From positions 2,973-34,972 of the forward strand of contig JASHOD010000038.1 of the NCBI GenBank assembly GCA_030041295.1: a stretch of 32,000 bases of DNA. Direction: 5' to 3'. Under the pieces are notes generated by a model. It ran no database searches and had not been told where the DNA came from. It saw only the letters and a program-made list of their open reading frames with translations. The translations under genes were made by a program, and so were the position numbers. Source of the stretch: Nitrososphaerales archaeon. Lineage in GTDB: Archaea > Thermoproteota > Nitrososphaeria > Nitrososphaerales > CADDZS01. This document shows, piece after piece, positions 8,626-16,752 of this stretch (position 1 is its first letter; the number at the start of each line of letters is the position of its first letter).

Positions 8626-9891
8626 GTGTCCGAAACTAAAGCTATTCAGATTCGTGGCAAGTTAGGAGCATCGTCATTTTTCCTCTTCGTAATGACGCTG
8701 GGCTACGCAGTTTTCGCTGTAGATCGAAGCGTACTCTCCGCTGTCCTAGTCCCTATGGCACACAGTTTTGGGGCATCAACATCGCAAACACTCTTTCTCC
8801 AGGCGGCGCAGTTTATCGGAGTATTTTGCTTCGTATTCATTGCAGGACACCTTTCAGATAAATTTGGGAAATGGTCAGTTCTGACCGCTGGAGTAATCAT
8901 ATTCACCGTTTTTACCTGGATGATCGGATTTGCAACAAGTTATGCAGAGGCGTTCGTATTCAGGTTGGTCAGTGGTTTCGGAGAAGGTATATTCTGGCCC
9001 GTCGCGATGGCGTGGGTCGCATCGTACTTCGGTTTTCGAAAGGGCCTCGCGCTAGGAATTTTCTATGTGGGTTTTGATATCGGAAGTATAGGAGGACTTT
9101 TCATAGGAGGAGCTTCCTTTGCATTATACAATACATGGCAACCCGCCTTTTTCATTGCTCCGTCGATTGGATTGATTGTACTTGCTGGCGCTCCGTTCCT
9201 AAGACAGAGACTCGGCTCCTCAAATAATGATGACCCTGTCGGAGGAGAGTTTCAGCCTTTTAAGCTCGGGAGAGAAGCAGTTCCTCTGCTAAAGAACAGA
9301 AATGTCGTACTGCTCATGTGTTTTGCTTTCTTCGCAACGTGGGCCTCCCTTTGGCAGAGCGCCTTCCTTCCTCTTTACTTCAATAAGGTCGCACATTTCT
9401 CGATTCCATATGCCGCATTCATGACAATCCCCGTGCTTGCTGCAGGAGCAGTTGGTAAAGTCACGCTCGGGGGGATCTCAGATCGCTCGAGGAGAAATTT
9501 GATGTTGTTTTCAATTTCAATAATTGTTCTCTTTTGTTATGCGATTTTCTTTTTCGTGGACAATTTTGTACTAGATATTGTCGCTGCTCTGGGTATGGGT
9601 TTCTTCAGCGCGGCTTCGTTCCCAATACTTCAAGCACTCGTCGTTGACAGCTGTCGGATAGCGAGGGCGGGTACGGGCTTAGGGCTGACAACATCGGCGC
9701 AGTCACTGGGAGCTATTTTCTCTGTTTCCTTTACGGCGTGGCTATCTTCCTTTGGAGTTAGCAGAACGCTAGCTTTGAACGCAATGGTACCGACCGCGAT
9801 GATAGCGGTCATCGCTATCTTTCTAGTAGAGCCTAGGATGGCAAAGCACAAACAAAGTCAGAATTCAATTGCTCGAGGACGCACGAGATAG
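8626..9891 (+). CDS. MFS transporter (12-TM type)
   Basis: 421 aa with a GTG start. Polytopic, with the MFS motif-A-like 'GHLSDKFGKW'. Confidence 0.8.
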   Translation: MSETKAIQIRGKLGASSFFLFVMTLGYAVFAVDRSVLSAVLVPMAHSFGASTSQTLFLQAAQFIGVFCFVFIAGHLSDKFGKWSVLTAGVIIFTVFTWMIGFATSYAEAFVFRLVSGFGEGIFWPVAMAWVASYFGFRKGLALGIFYVGFDIGSIGGLFIGGASFALYNTWQPAFFIAPSIGLIVLAGAPFLRQRLGSSNNDDPVGGEFQPFKLGREAVPLLKNRNVVLLMCFAFFATWASLWQSAFLPLYFNKVAHFSIPYAAFMTIPVLAAGAVGKVTLGGISDRSRRNLMLFSISIIVLFCYAIFFFVDNFVLDIVAALGMGFFSAASFPILQALVVDSCRIARAGTGLGLTTSAQSLGAIFSVSFTAWLSSFGVSRTLALNAMVPTAMIAVIAIFLVEPRMAKHKQSQNSIARGRTR

Positions 9892-9897
9892 AAGGTA

Positions 9898-10230
9898 TCA
9901 GCCATCAAAGTTCTCGACTCGTTTCTCTCTCTTCAACCTAGCCTCTCTCAATTCTTCTACATTTTTTAGCATAGTGTGAAGAATATTTTCGGTTCCTCTT
10001 GATTCCTGTTCGAGTTCGCCAAGAGCCTTTTTCAATTCCAAATTATCTGATTCGCTGGCAATTTTGCGATAGCTATTTGCGAGGTCCTCTTCCACCGCTA
10101 TCCATTGGAGTACGTTCTCTGCTATTGGATCACAGTAACCCGTTCGTATGGTCTGCTCGACCTTGAGAGCCTGCCCAAGATTTTCGATCTCAACAATTAC
10201 TCTTTCACGAATCAATGAAAAATGTAGCAC
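9898..10230 (-). CDS. Hypothetical all-helical acidic protein
   Basis: 110 aa with a GTG start and a GGAGGT ribosome-binding site 9 nt upstream. Coiled-coil-like C-terminus. No family recognised. Confidence 0.5.
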   Translation of the reverse strand: MLHFSLIRERVIVEIENLGQALKVEQTIRTGYCDPIAENVLQWIAVEEDLANSYRKIASESDNLELKKALGELEQESRGTENILHTMLKNVEELREARLKREKRVENFDG

Positions 10231-10640
10231 CTCTTACTAACCTCCCCAAGACAATTTCCTGCATAAGAGCGTTTCATTCGCCCATTTTTGAGGCATGGAG
10301 ATACTCATGTTATGGATTGTAACGTTCGCGAGTCGAGATTATCCTTGACTCGCTTCGCTGGTATGTGGCTACGGGAACTAATCTTCGTATTTCTGCCCAA
10401 GAAACTATGGAAGGATCATAATCAAAATAGATTTTCTCTGAATAGGGGATTTACGTAGACTCGAAGCACTCCTTCCCACTGTATAAGATTCTTCTAACGT
10501 GCTCCGAATTTGCGAACAAATCTCTTTCGATGACCTTCAATATTCCTGTGAATTTGTTACCAGATTGCTGATTCGAAATTTACCCCTTTCTTCCAATCAA
10601 CTAAATACGAGAGGGCTACTTTGATACTTTAAAGCTCGAG

Positions 10641-10652
10641 CACGATTCTCAA
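10641..10652. promoter_or_regulatory. Perfect motif half-site CACGATTCTCAA; left arm of a 12-bp inverted repeat with 10698-10709
   Basis: ATTCTCA at 10645-10651. The downstream half is degenerate (TCATAAT after a 3-nt spacer). A TATA-like 'ctttaaag' (10627-10634) lies 10 nt to the left. Confidence 0.4.
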
Positions 10653-10687
10653 CATCATAATAAAACAGGAAGTGGATTCGTCTTCTC

Positions 10688-10709
10688 ATTATCGCAATTG
10701 AGAATCGTG
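10688..10709. promoter_or_regulatory. Motif copy ATTATCG-CAAT-TGAGAAT (12/14) upstream of the GNAT gene; includes the right arm TTGAGAATCGTG
   Basis: The gene-proximal half is perfect. T-rich TATA-like 'ttttttac' (10717-10724) lies 11 nt downstream, and the ATG at 10748 is about 27 nt from the TATA centre, which suggests a leaderless mRNA. Confidence 0.5.
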
Positions 10710-10747
10710 TCTTCCCTTTTTTACAAAGGGATTTCCAGACTATCTGT

Positions 10748-11302
10748 ATGCCGACTGACCTTACACATTATGTTTGCAGGGTTTCGCTGAAAGGTGGAAT
10801 CAGTGTTGAACTACGACCGATACGTCCAGTCGACGAAGTGATGGAAAAGGACTTTATCCAGAGGCTAGGGCCCGACAGCGAATACAATAGATTCTTCGGC
10901 TACTTCAGGGACCCCTCTCCTGAAAAGTTAAGATCTCTATGCAACGTTGATTATGAAACAGAAATGGCAATCGTAGCTCTACTCTCCCCGCGCTCGGGTT
11001 CCGAAATGATAATCGGAGTCGGAAGAATGATCGAGTCAACTCAGAACAGGGCTGAACTTGCTGTAGTGGTAGCAGACGAATTTCAGCACTTGGGCTTAGG
11101 GACGAAACTGGTAGAAATGCTCTTAGATTTTGCCAAGGTTAGGAAATTCTCAAGCGTCTACGCCGCAGTACTTCCTGACAATGGAATCATGCTAAGGATG
11201 CTGAAGGATAAGTTCAATTTCAAGATTAAGCATACCGGAGAAGGGCTTGTAATAGCAGAACTCCCCATTGAATTAGCCAGTCCGAAACTAATGTCGCCCT
11301 AA
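10748..11302 (+). CDS. GNAT family acetyltransferase (stand-alone Pat-type C-terminal domain)
   Basis: 184 aa. 'LRPIRPVDE', 'YNRFFGYF', and the acetyl-CoA loop 'VADEFQHLGLGTKLVEML'. It resembles the GNAT domain of Pat-type protein lysine acetyltransferases. Confidence 0.8.
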   Translation: MPTDLTHYVCRVSLKGGISVELRPIRPVDEVMEKDFIQRLGPDSEYNRFFGYFRDPSPEKLRSLCNVDYETEMAIVALLSPRSGSEMIIGVGRMIESTQNRAELAVVVADEFQHLGLGTKLVEMLLDFAKVRKFSSVYAAVLPDNGIMLRMLKDKFNFKIKHTGEGLVIAELPIELASPKLMSP

Positions 11303-12786
11303 CTTATAATCCCAAGAAAAATCGCAGGAACGACCCCCGTCAAGACACTTAGAGCCAATAAGAAGACGGGTACTGCAATTGATTTGGGATATCCATTTGT
11401 CGATGTCGGGGTAGGAGAAGCCGTTGATGCGGTCTCATTACTTGGGCTCAGTACGACGTTGTTGATTATCCTAAAGTAGTATGCGATCGAGAGGAAAATA
11501 TTCAAAACAATTATGATTGCAACAAAGAAGAACAATCCACGAAGGACGGACCCGACTGCAAGCAGTGACTCGACGATCAGAAGCTCCCCCCAAAACATTC
11601 CAAAGGGAGGAGACCCGACCATAGCTAAAGAGGAAGCAGTGTAAAGAACTCCCAGAAACTTGTTCTTTCGCCCGATTCCTTTCATTTTATCGAGATCGGT
11701 CTCCTCGTACCTGTCTCGGCCGATGCCACTGAGCATGAAGAAATTTGATTTAACTAACCCGTGGTTCCAGATTTGGAATGCCGCTGCGATGAATCCGAGC
11801 GGAGTCAGAGTCGCTATTGCAGCAAGAATGTAGCCAATCTGGGCTATCGAGCTGAAGGCGAGCATCCTCCGAAGATTGTTTTGTCCCATCGCCCCGAAAT
11901 TTCCTACAAACATCGTACCAACTGCAAACCCGATTAATGCAAGCTGAATCCCATGCACGACAGAAGAAGGTACCGTGCTCGGCACGAGCGGCTGGACGAT
12001 CTTGAGCATCGCGAAAACGAGTGTCTCGTTCACTACCCGACCGTGAAGCGCCCCCGTCAAGGCGGGAGCTGAACCATAAGCATCCGGTAACCACGTGTGG
12101 AATGGGAAGATAGCCACTTCGGTGCCTAGGCCGGCGAGTACCATTACCAGCGCGAAAAGGCCAGTGCTGCTGTTTTGTTGCATTAACGAGGAAAGCGAGG
12201 AGAACTGAATTCCGCCTTGGACGGAATACAAGAGCGCTACCCCGTAGAGATACACCAGACTTCCCGCTCCAGCGAGAAAGAAGTATTTTAGAGCAGCTTC
12301 GAGCGAAACGTTTCTACGCTCGAAAGAAACGAGCCCAAAAGCTGCCACACTAATTCCGGTCCAGAAGAGAAAGAGAGTAAGAAAATCCCCTGAGGAAATC
12401 ACACCAATGGAAGATGTTACAAGTAACATCAGTAATGCGAAGAATGGTCCTGAATTTATTTTCGGGGAGAAACTTAGCATGCAATATACATCAACGGCGA
12501 TTCCCACTACAAGAATTGTGAGAATTACGAGCAAGCCTAGCCGATCAAGGGAATAAAGACTGGAGAGAACTGAAGTGATAGGCTGGAGGAGTAGCGGGGC
12601 AGAAAAGACTCCTGACCAATTCGAAAGGAAAATTAGAAGAGTAACCAAAAGCGCCACGAGCGCGACACTTCCTACAAAGTACGCCCTGTATTTTCCGTAG
12701 TATTTCTTTCCGAGATCAGTGCCAAGCGCCGCCATTGCTCCGATGAATTGTATTTCGAGCATAGTTATGAGAAAGTTCGTGGGCAT
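11299..12786 (-). CDS. nuoN: NuoN-like antiporter-type membrane subunit of a complex-I-like hydrogenase
   Basis: 495 aa and polytopic. 'SLEAALKYFFLAGAGSLVYLYGVALLYS' matches the NuoN 'EAxxKYfxLG' signature. Last gene of the operon. Confidence 0.8.
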   Translation of the reverse strand: MPTNFLITMLEIQFIGAMAALGTDLGKKYYGKYRAYFVGSVALVALLVTLLIFLSNWSGVFSAPLLLQPITSVLSSLYSLDRLGLLVILTILVVGIAVDVYCMLSFSPKINSGPFFALLMLLVTSSIGVISSGDFLTLFLFWTGISVAAFGLVSFERRNVSLEAALKYFFLAGAGSLVYLYGVALLYSVQGGIQFSSLSSLMQQNSSTGLFALVMVLAGLGTEVAIFPFHTWLPDAYGSAPALTGALHGRVVNETLVFAMLKIVQPLVPSTVPSSVVHGIQLALIGFAVGTMFVGNFGAMGQNNLRRMLAFSSIAQIGYILAAIATLTPLGFIAAAFQIWNHGLVKSNFFMLSGIGRDRYEETDLDKMKGIGRKNKFLGVLYTASSLAMVGSPPFGMFWGELLIVESLLAVGSVLRGLFFFVAIIIVLNIFLSIAYYFRIINNVVLSPSNETASTASPTPTSTNGYPKSIAVPVFLLALSVLTGVVPAIFLGIIS

Positions 12787-12789
12787 CGA

Positions 12790-14529
12790 TTAGATTACTC
12801 CTATCACTATCAAAACCGCCGTGATGATTAGTGCCGCGAAAAGTATCGCAATGTTATTCTCCAAAACGCCCGTCTGAAGCCCTTTTGCCCCCCGAACAAG
12901 GGGGCCGGTAATCCATTTTTCAAGAGAAAGATATGCCTTGTCAAATTCAAAATCTTCGACAAGCACGGTTATCACGCCATGCAGAAACGGGCTTGTCTCT
13001 ATCAGAGAATTCTTCGAAGCGACCTTCTTGACGAAAGCATAGTAGGAAATTCCAAGACCTACAAATAGAACTGCTACGGCTGTTGAAGCGGATTCTAGGT
13101 TCAAAGACATATTCAGGGAAGGAATGAAAATCTTCTGAACGCTAAGGACTAGCCAGCCGACTACGACACAGATTACAAGCGTAATCATCGGAGCGACCAT
13201 AAGGAGTTCAGATTCCTTTGCATCGCCCTTTCGTTCACCGTGAAACACCCGAAATAGCGCCCTAAAGCCGTAGAGAGAAGTTAATACGGAAGCAAGGGCT
13301 ATTACTAGGAAAGCGTAGTCATTTGTGGCAAGAGCTCCCGAAAGAATTGCGTCTTTGGTCCAAAATCCCAGAAGGGGCGGAAGGCCTACCATCGAGAGCA
13401 TTGAAAACAGGAAAGCGAGGTACGTATATTTCATCACTTGACGCAGTCCTCCCATGCTCGCTATGTTTCTCGTACCAATTGCTTCGATCACGGATCCCGC
13501 GGCCATGAAAGCTAAAGCCTTGAAGACTCCCTGTCCAATCAGCTGATAAATAGCTCCGGATGTATTCTGTAAACCTACAGCGGCGAACATCAATCCCAAC
13601 TGACTGATTGTGGAATAGGCAAGGATTCTCTTGAGGTCCTGTTCTGCGCAGGCGCAAGATGCCCCAACGACCATACTCAGGAGACCAATGACAATCAGTG
13701 CAGTCGAAAGAGACTGATACGCGGAATAGATTGGAGACAATCTAATAATGAGATACACACCTGCGTTGACCATCGTAGCGGCGTGAATTAGGGCGCTGAC
13801 CGGTGTTGGACCTTCCATTGCATCGGGAAGCCAGACATGTAGCGGAACTTGGGCTGATTTACCCATTGCTCCTACTATAGTTAGTGCGCCGATGAGAAAC
13901 CAAGTAGAGTTGAGGGTATGAGTTTGAACATAAGTAGAAATCGACGCGAGATTTGTTGTTCCTAAAGTGGTAAGGACAAGAATCACAGCAATAAAGAGAG
14001 CAATGTCGCCAAACCTTGTTACTACGAATGCTTTGAGACCTGCTTTTCTTGCGGCTTCCCTATCGGACCAAAAGGCGATCAGGAGTGCAGAGCATATTCC
14101 GACAATTTCCCAGAAGAAATAAAGTTGGATTAGATTTCCAGCCATAACGAGACCGAGCATTGCTCCGATGAAAATAAGAACAAGAGAATAGAATCTAGCC
14201 TGCCCCTGCTCGAGTTTCATGTTCTCTACGGCATAGAAGACTATAACGAAGGAAAGGAACGAGACGAATGCTGCAAGAAGTACGGATAGTCCGTCTACTT
14301 GAACTTGCAAGGATACCGAAGTGTTAGAGACTATAATCCAGTTTCCGACACTTTCGGTAAAGGAGCTTATAAAACTAAAGGACTGATAGATTCCGACGCC
14401 TGCTGTGATCGCGCTTACGACAACTGCGAACCATTTACACGCCTTGTCGTTTACGAAGGATACCAGAATAACGAATGGAGAAGCTACAAACGGAAACAAC
14501 CAAATTATCCAGGGAAGTAAATAGTTCAC
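12790..14529 (-). CDS. nuoL: NuoL-like antiporter-type membrane subunit
   Basis: 579 aa. 'FFWEIVGICSALLIAFW' (NuoL 'WExvGlxSylLIgfW'). The C-terminal segment 'FLHGVITVLVEDFEFDKAYLSLEKWI' followed by a final TM resembles the NuoL lateral-helix region. Confidence 0.85.
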   Translation of the reverse strand: MNYLLPWIIWLFPFVASPFVILVSFVNDKACKWFAVVVSAITAGVGIYQSFSFISSFTESVGNWIIVSNTSVSLQVQVDGLSVLLAAFVSFLSFVIVFYAVENMKLEQGQARFYSLVLIFIGAMLGLVMAGNLIQLYFFWEIVGICSALLIAFWSDREAARKAGLKAFVVTRFGDIALFIAVILVLTTLGTTNLASISTYVQTHTLNSTWFLIGALTIVGAMGKSAQVPLHVWLPDAMEGPTPVSALIHAATMVNAGVYLIIRLSPIYSAYQSLSTALIVIGLLSMVVGASCACAEQDLKRILAYSTISQLGLMFAAVGLQNTSGAIYQLIGQGVFKALAFMAAGSVIEAIGTRNIASMGGLRQVMKYTYLAFLFSMLSMVGLPPLLGFWTKDAILSGALATNDYAFLVIALASVLTSLYGFRALFRVFHGERKGDAKESELLMVAPMITLVICVVVGWLVLSVQKIFIPSLNMSLNLESASTAVAVLFVGLGISYYAFVKKVASKNSLIETSPFLHGVITVLVEDFEFDKAYLSLEKWITGPLVRGAKGLQTGVLENNIAILFAALIITAVLIVIGVI

Positions 14530-14846
14530 CCGCGCAACCTCCTAATCTCTGATGGGTTGAGAGTACCGTACTTTCGATAGACGCCTACGATGATCGCTAT
14601 TCCCACAGCTTCGACACTAGCGCTTGCGAGTATCGAGAAGAGCAGGAGTGAATCCGAGACGACGGGAAACTCGGATCCTAGGCTCGAAGAAAATAGTGCG
14701 AGATTTGCGCCAATTACTACGACTTGGAAAGACATAATCGTCTTGATCAGATGTTTTGACAAACTCATTGAACCGATGCCAAGGAAGATCAGTATAGTCG
14801 CCGTTGTTAGAAAGACAATCTGGTTCGTTAGAACTAAAGCCGTCAA
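14526..14846 (-). CDS. nuoK: NuoK-like membrane subunit
   Basis: 106 aa with 3 TM. 'ASASVEAVGIAIIVGVYRKYG' matches the NuoK C-terminal motif. Overlaps nuoL and nuoJ by 4 nt each. Confidence 0.75.
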   Translation of the reverse strand: MTALVLTNQIVFLTTATILIFLGIGSMSLSKHLIKTIMSFQVVVIGANLALFSSSLGSEFPVVSDSLLLFSILASASVEAVGIAIIVGVYRKYGTLNPSEIRRLRG

Positions 14847-15343
14847 GATTGGGAGTCCTCCTTAGAAAACAAATTAGTGACAACAACCATCGCTGAAGCG
14901 AATATTACGAGAAGAATCAACAAATCCCACGGTCTGTATTCCCAGACAAATTGAAGGAGATTGGAAGGCGAGAATGCTCCTGCGCTGCTGCTTGCAGCTG
15001 AACTTGAATTAGGAAGCCCTACAAAGAAAGGCGACGCGCCGACGACAAAAACCCCAATAGCTGTCGCAAGTAGAATGATCTTTAGATTATGGGCACCTAT
15101 GTCGAGTTTTGACTCCCCCGTCATGAGAATAGCCGTGAGCATTAACACGGACACGGCCCCGGCGAAGGTAATGATTTCTAACAAGCCCACTATGATGCTG
15201 CCGTATATCGTGAAGATTATCCCGAGGGCGATGCTTGCATAAAAGAGTCCAATTAACGAAACAGAAACAGATTTGGAAAATAGTGCAACAACGACGGCGG
15301 CGATCAACACTACTGAAAGAATGAGCGCAACCTCAGCTGACAT
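14843..15343 (-). CDS. nuoJ: NuoJ-like membrane subunit
   Basis: 166 aa. 'GLLEIITFAGAVSVLMLTAILM' closely parallels E. coli NuoJ 'GALEIIVYAGAIMVLFVFVVMM'. Confidence 0.75.
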   Translation of the reverse strand: MSAEVALILSVVLIAAVVVALFSKSVSVSLIGLFYASIALGIIFTIYGSIIVGLLEIITFAGAVSVLMLTAILMTGESKLDIGAHNLKIILLATAIGVFVVGASPFFVGLPNSSSAASSSAGAFSPSNLLQFVWEYRPWDLLILLVIFASAMVVVTNLFSKEDSQS

Positions 15344-15770
15344 TTTTGAGTGCCTTGTCCATAACGAGAGAATCTTTGTTTACAGTCGCAAGCTCAAATT
15401 CGTGGGTGAGTACTAGTGCTCCGAACCTGCAATCGTCGACGCATTGGCCACATGAAATGCAACTGTATAGGTCAAACGTAGGCCTCTTGGTCTCGATTTC
15501 TCTTGATCCAATTTTTCGCGTTCCTGTGTGAACCATCTGGATAACCGCGGCAGGACAAACGGCCTCGCATACGCCGCAGCCGGTGCATTTGACTGGATCG
15601 ATGTCAAGCTTGCCGCGGAATCTCTCGGCCACCTGAGGAGCTCCGAATGGATACTCCTTAGTTATGGGTCGTTGGAATGCAGTTCGGAACATTTCACCGA
15701 GAGCGCTTCCTACCTTTCTTCGACTTGCCCTTCCCTTTTCTCCTTTCGATCCATTTTCATTGGCTTTCAA
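15333..15770 (-). CDS. nuoI: NuoI-like 2x[4Fe-4S] ferredoxin subunit
   Basis: 145 aa. Two cluster motifs, 'CTGCGVCEAVCP' and 'CISCGQCVDDCR'. Confidence 0.85.
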   Translation of the reverse strand: MKANENGSKGEKGRASRRKVGSALGEMFRTAFQRPITKEYPFGAPQVAERFRGKLDIDPVKCTGCGVCEAVCPAAVIQMVHTGTRKIGSREIETKRPTFDLYSCISCGQCVDDCRFGALVLTHEFELATVNKDSLVMDKALKNVS

Positions 15771-15777
15771 TTTCTGC

Positions 15778-16749
15778 TCACCTCAGTACTAGAACAAGTC
15801 CTAGCTGCAAAAGACTCAATGGTGTTAGGACAGTCCAGAAAAGATTTGCGGCTTGGGAGATCCGGACTCTGGCAAGAGCTGTTTTGATTGAAAAAATGGC
15901 AAACCCTATCGCGAAAACCTTGAGCAAGAAATAGCCTAGGTATACTATGCTCTGGAGTAGAGGAATCTGAGTAACTACCGGACCCGAGGTTCCGCCTAAA
16001 AACAAACTTGCAGCAAGAGCCGAAAGGAAAACGTAGCTCAAGCTCTCTGTTAGCTTCACATAAGCCAGAGGTCGTCCAGAAAGCTCCGTCATCCATCCCG
16101 CAGCAATCTCTGTTTTTGCGTCCGGAATATCAAACGGTGGTTTTTCGAGCTCGGCCAAAGACGCCACAATGAACACACTGAAACTTATTGGAGCGAACGC
16201 AATATACCAATGAAAGTCAGCTTGAGATTGTACTATGCCACTTATTGAAAGAGATCCGGCTATCACGGCGGGTGTAATTATCGAAATTAAAAGTGGGATC
16301 TCGAAACTTGCGTACTGCATTATCAATCTTCCAGTAGCCACTGTCGAAAACCTTCCAGCGGAAGCGTATCCGAGCATGCTAGCCATAAGCGTAGAAAAGG
16401 CGAGAATGAAGAGAATAAACAACAAATCAAAAGGGCTCGACACGATGGCGCTCAATCCGATTACTGGAATGAAAATTGTCCCGATTGCTGGGGCTGCAAA
16501 GAATAGTGGCGGCCCCCACTCGAATACGAATTTATCGGAAAACTCTGGAATAATTTCTTCCTTCGTCGTGAGTTTGAAGAAATCTGCTACCGGTTGTAGG
16601 ACGCCTCTTGGGCCCGCAAGAATTGGACCCAATCTTCCTTGCATTCTAGCTGTGGTTTTCCTATCCAGCCATTCGAATACAAAGGATAGCCAGACGAAGA
16701 AGGTGAGCCCTGGGAACAGAAGTATTTCTATGACCTGAAGGGTGTCCAA
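15778..16749 (-). CDS. nuoH: NuoH-like membrane subunit
   Basis: 323 aa. 'RKTTARMQGRLGPILAGPRGVLQPVADFFKLTTKEEIIP' is the canonical NuoH/HycD/MbhM N-terminal motif. Confidence 0.85.
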   Translation of the reverse strand: MDTLQVIEILLFPGLTFFVWLSFVFEWLDRKTTARMQGRLGPILAGPRGVLQPVADFFKLTTKEEIIPEFSDKFVFEWGPPLFFAAPAIGTIFIPVIGLSAIVSSPFDLLFILFILAFSTLMASMLGYASAGRFSTVATGRLIMQYASFEIPLLISIITPAVIAGSLSISGIVQSQADFHWYIAFAPISFSVFIVASLAELEKPPFDIPDAKTEIAAGWMTELSGRPLAYVKLTESLSYVFLSALAASLFLGGTSGPVVTQIPLLQSIVYLGYFLLKVFAIGFAIFSIKTALARVRISQAANLFWTVLTPLSLLQLGLVLVLR

Positions 16750-16752
16750 TGC

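Noticed and set aside
11143-11156. 'aattctcaagcgt' inside the GNAT gene, identical over 13 nt to the left part of the hsp20 palindrome
   Set aside because: Only the left half-site is present; the right half is TCTACGC. It lies in coding sequence. A shared 13-mer is not improbable when both strands of 32 kb are compared.
16235-16738. 167-aa plus-strand ORF
   Set aside because: It is antisense to the nuoH-like gene, a typical shadow ORF of a membrane-protein gene.
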